In this document: positions 32,821 to 45,931 of the stretch, piece by piece
Position numbering within the stretch: position 1 is the stretch's first letter
How the letters are laid out: each line of letters opens with the position of its first letter
NCBI GenBank assembly: GCA_043228905.1
Contig: JBHGNT010000017.1
Span: 10,540,001-10,604,000, forward strand
Direction of reading: 5' to 3'
DNA length: 64,000 bases
From: Azolla caroliniana
Taxonomy: Eukaryota > Plantae > Polypodiophyta
Made by a program: the position numbers and the translations under genes
Notes under the pieces: model-generated
Database searches by the model: none
Told to the model about the DNA's origin: nothing
What the model saw: only the letters and a program-made list of their open reading frames with translations

Positions 32821-35378
32821 TGTTGAGTGGACAAGCTCAACCAGATCCAGATCGGCTGAACAAACCAGAACCGAATCGGAGTTCGGAACAAAGAACCGGA
32901 TCGGTGTCCGAATGGTATCCAGAACTAGGAGTGGGATCAGATTGTAACCAATAGGCCATTAGAGGCCTACGAATCTAGCCTCGAACGTAGGCATATTTTT
33001 AAGAATCAGTATTAGTCGTATGAGCATTGAAGTACTTGTCAGTACTTTTGTCAGTCCTTTTAAGGACTTGTATAAAATTGCTCACTGAGCACATTGTATG
33101 TACAAAGCATTATTATTTTGAATTAAATTTATGTTGTTCTGCTTTCTCTGTCTCTACAGTGTATTCAAGCTCTCTATTAAACCTTCATTCTGAGTATTGT
33201 TGTTATCTGGACTAGCCGGTTTTGTCCAAACTTACGCACAACTTTTACATGGTATACGAGCGCGAGGGTTGAGAACCTCCACAGCCGACAAGCATTTTCT
33301 GAAGACAAACCCTAACAACCGGTAAAGAATAGATAGAAGAAGAAGATGGACAGAAAAGCTTAACCGGAGCAACTATGTGTACTAGTCATAAAAAATGCAT
33401 CAATACCTATTGGGGCACGGATATCGGAGCTACGTGGAAGGAGAGAATGTAGTTGCGCCAGATTCAGCACACAAGGACTTCCCGATATGGGAGCAATGAG
33501 CGAGTAGAGTGTTGTGTTGCCACGCATCCTGTGTGCACAACCAGATTCTCAGCTACATCAGGGATGCAAAAACGCCGAAAGAGGCCTGGGAAAATCTCTA
33601 GAACCTTTTCGCTGCAAGTACCACGGCTCAGAAGTTGCAGCTTCGGCAAGAGCTCAATAGTATTCGGCAATGGGACATGTCAATCACCGACTACACCAAG
33701 ATCAAGGAGATCTGTAACATGCTCGGGTCCATCAACGAGATGGTGGACGAGGACAAGATGGTCCAGATCAGCCTCGATGGTCTAGTACACCGATACAAGC
33801 CAATCCAGACGGCAATTTGCACCGGGAAAAGCTACCGTCCTTCTTCAACCTGTAATCAATGCTCATGGTCGAAGAAAACCATGCAAGTGGGACAAGCACC
33901 ACTCAATCGGACAGCCGGATGTTGTACACGGAGGCGGGATCAGCCCTATGAGTGTGGAGGATGAGGTGGGTTGGCACACAATAGCAACGGTCGGCAAGAG
34001 CAGAACTGGAGGCACAGAGATAGTGCTAACAACAATTCCGGACCCCCCACAAGCAGGGGCAGTCAAAGCAGCGCCGGAGACCGGCAATCAAAGACCGACA
34101 AAGAATGCTGGAATTGTGGCAAGAAAGGCCACTGGGAGAGCGACCACTGGAAGAAGCGCGTTGATTCAGATAGAGCCAGATTCAGCAAGACCGGACAAGA
34201 GAACTCACAAAGTTCACACTACGCTGAAGGATCAGAAGGATCTAGAACCGATAAGACTGGAAAAGGGTCAGCCTTTGTGATGAAACACAAGGGGAACTCA
34301 ATGAAGAAGACCATTTTCGAATCAAAGGAAGTGTGGTACGTTGATTCCGCAGCATCAAACCACATGACGAACCACGAAGAAAGGTTCTCATACTTGGAGA
34401 AACCAGAGCAATCGGGAGTTGTCGAAACCGGAGACAACACTCCTCACCCGATAGTGCATGTAAGAGAAGTTCCCCTGAGTCATGTTGGACAACAAGGGAC
34501 ACTTATGAACGTGCTTCACATCCCGACAACCAGGAAGAACCTGGTGTCAGTAGGGCAGATCGTCAACCAGGGGACGCAGGTGCAGTATACGCACCTTGAG
34601 TGCTTCATTGAGGAAGAGGGCCATATCATTGTGCAAAGGCACCGGGACCGGAGGATGTTCACCCTGAACACCAACGATGTAGGCGTCTTGTTCACAAAAG
34701 GACAGAAAGTCGAGTCAGATATCGACTTGTGGGACAAGTGGATCGGCCACGTTAACTATGAGAGCCCTCAAGACCCACAATCCAATCTGGTTGTTTTCGG
34801 ATTGCTGAAATTCAGTGGCTGGAATACCAACATTTGCGAAACTTGCGAACTCAGGAAGCAACACTAGCTTCCATTCCCAACCAAAAGAAACCGGAGCCGT
34901 AACAAGCTCGACTTAATCCATTCAGATGTATGGGGACCAACACAGAACCTTTGCCTTGGTAGGAGCTGATACTTCATCGATGACTACAATCGACACACAT
35001 GGATCTATCTCATAGAGAAGAAAAGCGAAGTCTTCGACTATTTCCGGAACCTCCAAAGTCTTGTCGAACGAGAAACAGAGAAGAAGATCAAGTGTCTACG
35101 GTCGGATGGCGGAAAACAATACTTTTCCGGCCAATTCAACAGTTATTTGCAACAAATGGGAATTTGGAGAGAATTCAGTTGCAGATACACACCGGAACCA
35201 AATGGTGTGGCCGAAAGGAAGAATCGTTGATTGTGGAGGCGCTACAGGAAATGCTCGAGGAGAATAACATGCCCAAGTTCTACTGGGCCGAAACGGAACG
35301 GTCGTCTACATCCAAAACCGGATCGGGGATAAGGTGTCACCACATGAGCTATATTTCGAACGGAAGCCAAATTTAAGA
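32821..35378 (+). mobile_element. Truncated Copia H: 5' LTR 32821-33249, decayed iMet PBS, degenerate gag-PR-partial INT
   Basis: TGTTGAG...TTTTACA|TGGTATACGAGC. Motifs CWNCGKKGHW, WYVDSAASNHM and SDGG. The 3' half is missing. Confidence 0.85.
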
Positions 35379-35401
35379 CTCCTTAAATTCAATCAAACGG
35401 T

Positions 35402-36091
35402 AGTTCCAAGTCTCCACCATAATATAATCCCTAAAGACAATAAAAGAATACGCACTCTTATTCTGAAATCCACATGACAACATTAACTTAGTGCTACTGC
35501 CCCTTTATGGAAAACCACCATATTCAACAAGGGCACACATAATCAAACGGACCATTTGGTTGCCCATATCCTTTAACTTGCAAAAACATCATCTTCTCAT
35601 GTTAATGAAATCATCAATAGGCACTAAACAAGGTTATCATTCATCAATGTATAAATACAAATATAGGGAATGAGTAAAAAATTAATTTGGATATGGGAAT
35701 GAGAATCTAACTTGGCAAAACTTGATTATCTCATGAATGAACAAATCAGTTATGACAACAAATCTATGTAACAAGAATTCTAACTTTTCAAGCATATATA
35801 TATTAGTGAGTAATACTTGTGCGTTATTTATGGTTGTGAACCATCGTTCTCCTGCACCATCTTTTGCACTATTTATTTTGTGTCAATATACATGTGTGGG
35901 AATGCCTTTCAAAAGTCCTATGTGAGATCCATGTGAAGAAGATACTTGATGTTAGTGTTGCTTCATATGGTTGGTTGCTTATGGTTAGTCCAAAATAATC
36001 AGGTTTGATATACTTCAATCTTATTTTAAACATTATTAAACATAAGAGAGCCCTAGAGGGGCTCAGGGAAACAAGAGAACAAAAACATAAA

Positions 36092-36128
<37 letters not shown>

Positions 36129-37209
36129 AAAGAATAAGTTACCCAAAAAAAAACAAAAAAAAAGAGAGAAACAAAAACAGTTCGCCCGAAACACAGAACC
36201 ATACACACATGCAGAGAGAGAGAGAGAGAGAGATTTCAAACAAATAACCTTTATTGTTTTTTGTTTGTTGCTTTTTTATTCATTTTCGTTTTCATTTTTA
36301 TATTGTGAAATGCTATTTTTCTACTTTTACATTTCGGCTAATAATAATACATATGTATCTAATCTATATAAACATATATGTATGTATAATAAATAAAGTG
36401 TGGACGGCTCCGATCGTCTAGAAATCCCAAAAGCAGTTGAGGGCCCTCCCTCTCAAAAGCGTAAAAATTTCCCTTTTTCTCTTTTCCCTAATGTGATTGC
36501 CCTACGTCATATTTATACTTATATGACATTTGATCTATTTACATATATAGCCTCGATGGGCTCACTCTGAAACATATTTACACATATATCCTTGGATCTA
36601 GTTTGCACCGGATCCATCCGGATTCACTCGATCCAGTTTCCGAGTCTCATCTGGAACCCTTCCGGATCCGGTTCCTTCATCCGGCCGTCCGGGTCTCATC
36701 CGGAGGAACCGAATTCCCAACAAGTTCCAAGTCTCCACCATAATGAAATCCTTAAAGATAATAAAAGAATACGCACTCTTATTCTGAAATCCACATGACA
36801 ACATTAACTTAGTGCTACTTCCCCTTTATGGAAAACCACCATATTCAACAAGGGCACAAATAACTCATTCTCTATATTTGTATTTATACATTGACGAATG
36901 ATAACCTTGTTTAGTGCCTATTGATGCATCCATTAACATGAGAAGGTGATGTTTTGCAAGTTAGGCAAAACTTGATTATCTCATGAATGAACATATCAGT
37001 TATGACAACAAATCTATGTAGCAAGAATTCTAACTTTTGAAGCATATATATATTAGTGAGTAATACTCGTGCGCTATTTATGGTTGTGAACCATCGTTCT
37101 CCTGCACCATCTTTTGCACTATTTATTTTGTGTCAATATACATGTGTGGGAATGCCTTTCAAAAGTCCTATGTGAGATCCATGTGAAGAAGATACTTGAT
37201 GTTAGTGTT
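35402..37209. repeat. Dispersed direct duplication (~35402-35959 and ~36723-37209)
   Basis: AGTTCCAAGTCTCCACCATAAT...GATACTTGATGTTAGTGTT occurs twice, with internal rearrangement. Confidence 0.85.
36490..36722 (-). repeat. Fragment of a C/D-family Copia LTR
   Basis: GTCATATTTATAC..ATATGAC..CTATTTACA..TAGCCTC and CATCCGGAGGAACC..CCCAACA, as in LTRs C and D. Confidence 0.7.
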
Positions 37210-37486
37210 CAATGTTGACCATAAGGTCGTGACAAGGAGTGTGGAATGGTAGATCATCGGTGGGTAGAGCCTAGATGTAAGAGAGGTTTAGGGTTTAGGA
37301 ATGCGGGTTTAGGGTTTAGGGTTGATGACCTTGCGGTCATAACAAGGAGTGTGTAATGGTGGATCATCGGCGGGTAGAGGTAGGCATAGAGGAACACCAA
37401 GCTCGATTTGAGCGCACCCGAATCAAAGATGATGTAGAGGAAGGGGACAGGGAAATGACATGATTAGGAATAGGAAGACGACATGA

Positions 37487-37490
<4 letters not shown>

Positions 37491-37535
<45 letters not shown>
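37491..37535. repeat. (GA)n microsatellite
   Basis: Direct inspection. Confidence 0.95.
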
Positions 37536-37539
<4 letters not shown>

Positions 37540-37939
37540 AAACATAATTAAGTCTAATATTAAAATTAAAAACGAGATTAGAAACATAGTTAAAAATTAA
37601 AAAGACGGGTAAGGGGAGATGGGGGGATTAACATCCTAATTAAAAACAAGATTAAAACTTAATTAGAAGGGAGAGAGAGAGAGAGAAAGATACATAATTA
37701 ATTAATTAATTAATTTAGATAGAGCATAAAGATATGTGTTGGAAAGCCCTCTATTAGAGCTTCGTAACAAGATATAGCAAGTTAAATTTGGTGGTTTGTG
37801 TGAGAACCAGCGATTAAAATAAGGTAGTGTGTTGTTGACATCCACATACTCAACACACATTGCGGGTCTTCTATTGTATTCATCATCTTCAACCTCTTCA
37901 ATAAGGTGAGTTCCGGTTGTCTTTCTTGTTCATGGAAAA

Positions 37940-39478
37940 TTGTTTTTATCTCGGATCACTGTCACATCTGGAATAATGGATATAAACATGACTCTCTCTC
38001 AAATTGTGGGGGACATTGATATGGAAACAATTGATCCAAAAAAGAGTAATGTGATGGTTGAATGTAATCGTGAAAGGAAAGACATTGGAAGCTCTAAGAG
38101 GTTTAAGGGCATTGAGGAAATTAATGAGAGAAAAGCGACATATGCCGAAGTAATACATGTAGATGCGGTTGACAAGGATCATTGTAATTGGGATAATTTA
38201 TGGGGAATTGCCAATACCTTATTGTTTGATATTGTGGAAGAAAATGAAAATGCAACGAAAGAATGCAATGATTTGGATGTTGATGCTAAGGCAGTGTTGC
38301 AATCTTTTGATGTATTCCATGATCGTGCGGTTATATTGTGTTTTATTGGGAAACTCCCATACATTAATTGGATTAAACAGTGGTTGAATAGAATTGTGTC
38401 ACCAAATTGTGTTGAAAATATATATGCAGGACCACAAGGGTTTTATGATGTAGTGTTTTGTTCACTGGAACATCGAAGTGCATTGTTGGCTAAAGTTCCG
38501 GTGTTTTTTGATAAACGATTGATGCATGTAATGCAATGGTCCTCCGTTGTGGACTATCAGGCTTTGTTGAAACAAGAATGCTCTGTTTGGGTAATAGTGG
38601 ATTGTAAGCATGCATTTTTATGGCCACTTTTACCAGAGTTGATGAGTCAAATGGGTAAAGTGTTGGTATCTCCACATGCAAATGCTACAAATAAGTACAG
38701 ATTTTGTGTTATGGGATACAAACCATAAGAGGCCAGGATGGGTACGTATGAACACACCTGGAATGAAAAGACTTTGTTTTAAATTGAAGTGGGAGACATT
38801 TGCAGGTCACTGTTTTGGATGTGGTGAATGCAGTCACTTTATGGCAGAATGTCATCGTCATTGACCTTCAACTATAGAGGTTCCTAATGAAGGGAATGGT
38901 AAGGATGAAGTTGGGAGAGATGTTGGTGTGTCAGATATGGTGGTTGTTATGGATGAAGGAACATCATCTAGAGCAGGCTATAAAGAGGTTTCACTTCAAG
39001 GTTTGGGCCTTAAGAATAAGGGCACTCAATCTATGGATATGGAAAAACAAAATTTGGTGGTTATAGATAAAGGGAAAATTTGTTGGATAGAACTAATAAT
39101 GATGTTGTTGAAAAGGATTGGTATCAGGTTAAGGGCAAGTCAAAGGGAAGATCAATGAATATGCAATGTAATAGTTTGCCCACTACTCATGAGACTACTT
39201 GGAAAAGTAATTCAAGAACTAGGGAGGGTCCTCGAAAAGGTCCTTGGCAAAGACAGTTTAGGGATAAGGGATTACCCCTTCACCTTCAATTTGATTCATT
39301 GGGACGGGTTGTTAATTCATCGAATTCTCGAGGTTTCCGTCAAGCGGGAGAACCTAAACAAAAGAGTTCGATAAACAACACTAAGGATGTGGTGCATGAA
39401 AATCCATATGCAGCATTGGAACATGCTTTGACTAGTTTCATGACATCAGTTGCTCTAAAGGAGCAAATGCACCCATAA
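37940..39478 (+). pseudogene. LINE (L1-type) ORF1, frameshifted
   Basis: RRM-like region (AVILCFIG...GFYDVVF) and zinc knuckle CFGCGECSHFMAEC, directly upstream of ORF2. Confidence 0.75.
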
Positions 39479-40782
39479 TATTGTTGATTGAATGAAAGTG
39501 GTAACATGGAATGTGAGAGGGGCATGTTCTCCTCATAAAAAGTATATATTATGGCAAACTTTGTTAAGTAAAGAATGGGATATATTATGTGCAGTTGAGC
39601 ATAAGTGTCATGAGTTAGTAGGATCCATAGTTCATTTGTGTGGATATTCATCATTCTATGCAGGACATCTTAATAATCATTATTCAGGTGTGGTATTAAT
39701 TGTACGGGATAAATATTATCCTCGAGTGGTGCATAATGATCCTTATGGTCGGTTTTTGGTTCTAGAAATCACTTTTTTTGCCGAGGTTGTGTATGGGCCG
39801 TCCAGGATTAGTTATGGGTGATTTTAACATGTGTGTTGATGCATCTCAATCTATGTCTGAACATTCAACCATGGATGATCTTGAGCAACTTGCTTGGGAT
39901 TCATTAGCTATGGAGGTTCTGAAGTAGGATGTTTGGACATGGTTGCATGGTAATGATCCAGGTTTTACTTTCCAATCCGCTCAACATAGACAAACATGGA
40001 GTCGGTTAGATAGAATGTATGTGATGCACAATGATTCTTTTTTACCGACATCACTTCGTATGGTAGTTTTACAAGATGTAGGAACTTCAGATCACTTTCC
40101 TATTTGTTTGAAGTTTTGTGGTCATGCAATTGACATGTACAAATCCTTACTTGGAAAGCCTCCATTACTGTCATGATATCGCAAGACTCAAACCCGTGAC
40201 CTTATGTTACATGGGTCGAGCTCTTGACCATTATACCATCTATTGTAATACGAAAGATATTATGTTCATTTACGTTTTATTATAGAAAATTGGTGTATAT
40301 CCAGATTTCTCTGGTACATTCTAGAAACTTCAGGAGTACTCCTAAGAACACTAGAAAAGGAGGCACATGGTATTATTTCGAAACTTCAGGAATACTCCTA
40401 AGAACACTAGAAAAGGAGGCACATGGTATTATTTCGAACCAAATCAATTCAACGCCAATCTTAAACCTCCTAGCCTTCCTTGTATATTCTTCTCACATAA
40501 TATATCGTTGTCATCATCATTTCCTCTCACTCACTCTCTCTCTCTCGATCCCGCTCTCTCTCTCTCTCTCTCTCCTTCTCTCGAGTGTTCTATAGCCTCT
40601 ATTCTTCTTAGTACTAATATTTCTCTTTTAGTACTAATTTCGTCTCAGTCTTAGTACTAATCCTGATAGTTTGAACCGCTTTTTCTTCTGTCTCCTCCAT
40701 TTATCTTCTTACGTTATTACTTTTATCTTCTTATGTCTCCCTCCCTTCATACTAACCTCTTATTCCTTTTTCCTCTCATCCT

Positions 40783-43700
40783 ATGGCCACTGTTAGCACT
40801 CAACAATTTCAATCTGTTTTCTCGGAGTTGCAATGCTTGAAAGAGAAGTTCCTTGCTTTGGAACAAGAAAATCAACAGTTGTTGGGGGATCTTCAACAAA
40901 TCTCCTTAGAAAAGCAGCAAACGCAACACCAACATGGGGAACTTGCGTTACATGTGCAACAACTTGAAGCAACCATCGTAGCGATGCAACAATAAGGACC
41001 CGGAACACAAGGGATTCATAAAGAACCCAAGATCGGGCTTCCCATGAAATTCAATGGAACGCGATCGTAGTTTAGAGGGTTCCTTAATCAGGTACGATTA
41101 GTTATTCAAATGCATCCTTCCCGATATCCCACTAATGCATCACGAGTGGGTTTAGTAGGCACGTTGTTAAGTGGCTCAGCGTTGGCATGGTTCGCTCCAT
41201 TGTTAGAAAAGGAATCTCCATTACTAAACAATTTTGAAGAGTTTATAAGTGAGTTTAAAGCCTGTTTTGGAGATAGTGACAGCATAAGGACAACAATCAA
41301 CAAAATCTGACGACTACGACGTCAATGTGATCGTCCAGCCTCCGCATACGCTGCAGATTTCCTTCTACTCGTCTCTGATATCCCCTGGGATGATCAAGCA
41401 TTAATGGAGCAATTTCGTTATGGTCTACGCAACGATGTCAAGGATTTACTCTTGAACTTCCCCAAAGAACCAAAGTCATTAACAGAAGCAATCAGTCGCG
41501 CAATGAGATGCGACAACCGCCTTTTCGAACGACATTCGAAATGTCAGTTCCAGATGCCAAGGGCAAGATTAGAGCCCACCCACGCCTCAATCGTAGCGAA
41601 ACCTTTTCCGAGGGAGTCATATAATGCGTCTCCAGTAAGTACTCCAACTCCGATGGAAATTGACACTACACGTCGTTGTGGACCATTATTGGAAGAAGAA
41701 AAGTAGTGACGCTAAGCAAACCGACTATGTGTTTATTGCGGTGGACCAAGGCATATTGCAGTAAACTGTCCCCATAGGCCAAGAAGACAAGTAAACCAAA
41801 TAGTTGCTAGTTTTGATTGTACTAAACCCGAGTCTATTTCAGTAGGAATATCTAATAGTCCTAATAGTACTAATTGCCCAAATCTATCAAACAAATTTGA
41901 TGTCCTTAGTCAATTGATATCCTGAGTCCAACCAAAATAGGAGCCATTTGGCTGGATAGCCCTAGATCTGTGCAACCCATTAGTGGTTCCATTCCCTCTA
42001 AGCAAGCTAGCAATGTGTTTGTAACTCAAGTAACAGTTAGTACTAAAAGTACCTCTCCAATACATGTCTTAGCACTCCTAGATTCTGGAGCTAATTCTTT
42101 CTTTATGGATAGGAAATTTGCCCAAGCTCATCAGATATTCCTAAGAAAACTCCCGTGTCCAGCCTCTGTAGTAGTCATTGATGGTCGTCCCATTACTTCC
42201 AAAAATATGATAGAAGAGTCAGAGCCCGTTAATATTGTCCTAGATAACTTAGTGTGTGTAGTATCATTTAATATAATTAGTAACCCAGAACATCCCATAG
42301 TTTTGGGATTACCATGGTTCGAATAACATAACCTAGACATAGATCGGAGAACAAGAGAAATCCGGTGTCGACAAACCCAAGGATCTACTCATAAGATTGC
42401 AACCATTTCACTACATCAGTTGCATGAGGAAGGACGTACGGAAGAAATGTTGCTCTTCACAATATCAATAAAACCCTCCAGGACCACTAAAGAGGAGTCC
42501 ACCGTTCAACTTCTACAGAAGTATCGTCATTATGCCGATGTGTTCGATAAAGTACAAGCCAATACGCTCCCTGAACATCGACCATATGATTGCCCCATCG
42601 ATTTATAACTGGGAAAAGAGCCACCATGGGGACCGATCTACAATTTTTCACCAACCGAGCTGGAAGTACTTCGAGCCTATATAGAGGAGAATTTGGAAAA
42701 TGGTTTCATTAGACATTTGAAATCTCTAGCCGGCACACCCATTTTCTTCGTCAAGAAAAAGGATGGATCACTTCGTCTTGTCATAGATTTCCGTGGCTTG
42801 AATAAGGTCACCATCAGGAATAGGTATGCCCTTCCCCTTCTCTCAAGTCTTTTAGAATGGATCAATGGTGCAAGATTCTTCACAAAGATCGACTTACGAG
42901 GAGCATATAACCTCGTACGGATCTGACCAGGAGATGAATCGAAGACCGCGTTTCGCACCAGATATGAGCACTTCGAGTATACACTCATGCCATTCGGCCT
43001 CACTAATGCGCAAGCAGTCTTCCAGCACATGGCAAATGATATATTCCGAGATCTCTTGGATGTTTGTTTGATTATCTATTTGGATGATCTACTGGTTTAT
43101 TCGAAGACCCAAGATTTTCATGTACTCTTAGTACTAAAACGACTTCGAGAACATGGTCTTTATGCAAAGCTAGAAAATTGTAGTTTCGGGTGCAACCAGG
43201 TAGAATTTCTGGGTTATGTCATTTCCTCGAAAGGCATCTCCATGGATCTAGCTAAGGTCAAAACGGTGGTAGAGTGGCAGACTCCGTGTTCCTTGTGAGA
43301 TGTGCAATGCTTTTTAGGCTTTGCCAATTTCTACGCCAAGTTCATATAGGATTACTCAAAGCTTGTTTTGCCTCTCACTCAACTTATCAGGAAGGAACAA
43401 TCGTTCGTTTGGTTTGAAGAAGTGGACATGGCTTTTGAGAGTCTTAAAAAAGGAATTTACATCAGCTCCTATTTTAGCTCATATTGATCCAAAAAAACCA
43501 TTCATCATTGAAGCCGACGCGTCAAATTTCGCCTTGGGTGGCATTTTGTCTCAACAAGGCGATGATGAAAAGCTACATCCTGTGGCTTTCCACTCACACA
43601 AGTTTGACGCCGTGGAAATCAACTATGAAATTCATCATAAGGAGTTATTAGCAATAGTGGACTCTTTTACGCAATGGAAGCATTTTCTAGAGGGGTCTTC

Positions 43701-44963
43701 TCATCAAGTCACCGTATTCAGTGATCACAAAAACCTTGCCTACTTTTAGAATGCACGTGTGTTAAATCGACGTCAAGCTCAGTGGGCCCAATTCCTCACT
43801 CGTTTCGACTTCAAAATTACATATCGTCCAGGGAAGCAACAAGGGAAGGCAGATGCATTATCACGGTGCTCGTATCTAGCCCCGCGTCCTAGCGAGCCAG
43901 CTTTCGATAACCAAAAGCAAGTAATCCTGGGACCGGCATGACTGCAAGCAACGCAGGTCTTCAATATGCCCTTGGATTCCCACGTCATCAATACCATACG
44001 TCAAGACTTGAAGACAGATGCTTTCGCCCAAGCCATTCTCGCACAAATTGATTCCTCTCGAGCATCTTCTTCACAGTCGCAACAACCAGGTATGGACTAT
44101 CGACAATTCTAATGTCATGATGGATTACTATTCTTTAAGAAACTCTTGTATGTTCCTAATGGTACTTGTTGCCTTCAAGTAGTCCAAAACTATCATGACA
44201 CATATACATTTGGGCATTTTGGTAGTACTAAAACATTAGATTAAGTACAACGATCATTCTGGTGGCCCCATATGCGTCAATTTGTCGAAGATTTTGTTTG
44301 GACTTGTGATATATGTTGCAGAGCAAAAATGTCAAGGCATCATCCATATGGTTTATTAGAACCATTACCAATTCCAAGCAAGCCATGACAATCCATTGCT
44401 CTAGATTTCATCACAAATCTTCCACTGTCTAAGGGATTCTATGCAATCTTAATAGTTGTAGATCAATATACGAAGATGGCCCATTTCCTGCCATGTACAA
44501 AGGAAATCTCTAGTGAGGAAACCGCTGAAACTGTCATGCGTGAAGTATGTCAGTATCATGGCCTTCCCGATAATATAATTAGTGACTATGGACCCTAGTT
44601 CATCTCGAAGTTCCGGAAGCACCTCTTTAAAATGCTTAAGGTCACTTATAACCTCTCCTCCGGCTACCACCCGCAAACAGATGGCCATGCAGAATGAACT
44701 AATCAAACGTTGGAGCAGTATCTACAGTGTTTCCTAATCTATCATCAAGATGACTGGGCGGATATTCTCCACTTCGCCGAATTTGCGTATAATAACTCTG
44801 TCGACTCATCGACAAAGGTTACACCATTTTATGCTTATACGGGCTATCACCCCCGATGATGTGTATTTGACACTCCAGAGTTACCCACAAATCCCTACGC
44901 AGAGGATCATTTGGAGCGGTTACACAAGATACAAGAGGATTTATCTATTTATCTAAAACACGT
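40783..44963 (+). pseudogene. gag-pol: Chromovirus gag-pol with many stops
   Basis: LLSGSALAWF, PTPMEID, LLDSGA, MPFGLTNA, EADASN, HPQTDG. Confidence 0.92.
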
Positions 44964-45931
44964 TTTCGCAAAGATGCGCGCGTGCCTGTGCTACTTGAGC
45001 GAGACCACCGAAGCCATGGACTAGGGAGGACATTCACAAATTTCTCGAAAAGTCGACACTGTGAATGTCAAGGAAACCAATGTCACATTTAAAAAAAACA
45101 AAGATTTTTAGACTCAAGGAGAAGATAGATTTCAAGAAGAATATTAAGAAGAAGATTATATTGATGGTGATGATAATGATATCATATATTGAGCCCCCCC
45201 TTTACACAAGCCTATGCCTTTTGAATATGAAAAGAAATACATAACATTTAAAGTAAGATAAATGTCTTCTATCTTGGAGGTGCAAGGTTCAAATCTTGCT
45301 TGCAGCCCTCTATATGCACTCGAATGCCACTAGGCCCTAGGATAATTTTCATATTTATAATTGTTTGTGTAATGTGCGTGGAACTACACTATTTCACAAT
45401 TTCGCCCATTGGACATGCAACATCACGACATCCACCCCCACCAAACCGCACATCCTCCGGCATGTGCCAAGAAGAAAAGAGTGATGTGGTGGACTCAAAG
45501 CTGGTTGCCCTTTGATTTCTTTCTTTCTTACGCCTCGCTTGCATCGGCCTTTATCCTCCATTTTGAGCACATGCATTCCTTCCACCTGAACCATCGTCGC
45601 CACCCGATCAACCATATCATTCACTCACCCTTCGCATTGCCATGACCACTTGGCATAGCCCCTTTTTCTCCTCCTGAGCGTAACTCTTCATGCATCATAC
45701 ATGTGTCGCCTTCATCCCAACCATCTCCTTTGTCATCAAACTTCCTCTGATCAGCCTTTCTCGTCTCATGCTTTCCTTTCCTCATGCTCACTAACCTCGA
45801 CCGGGCGGGTGTCGCGGTTTGCCTTCTTCAACCTACGGCAGGTCGGCTCAACTTCTATCTAGATCGGTCTCGACCAATCAACTTCTCGCTTGGTTGGCCT
45901 TCGTCCGGATTTGCATTCGGCCGAGTCAGAC

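Noticed and set aside
35480-35600. Possible hAT transposase or host exon remnant (ALVEYGGF on the minus strand)
   Set aside because: Too short and interrupted to support without a database search.
37287-37323. Interstitial telomere
   Set aside because: Only two pairs of TTTAGGG units, common as telo-box-like motifs in plant repeats.
44958-44990. Helitron 3' hairpin (CGCA-AAGA-TGCG)
   Set aside because: Better explained as the decayed TGTCGCG start of LTR F, supported by the second LTR copy, PBS and TSD.
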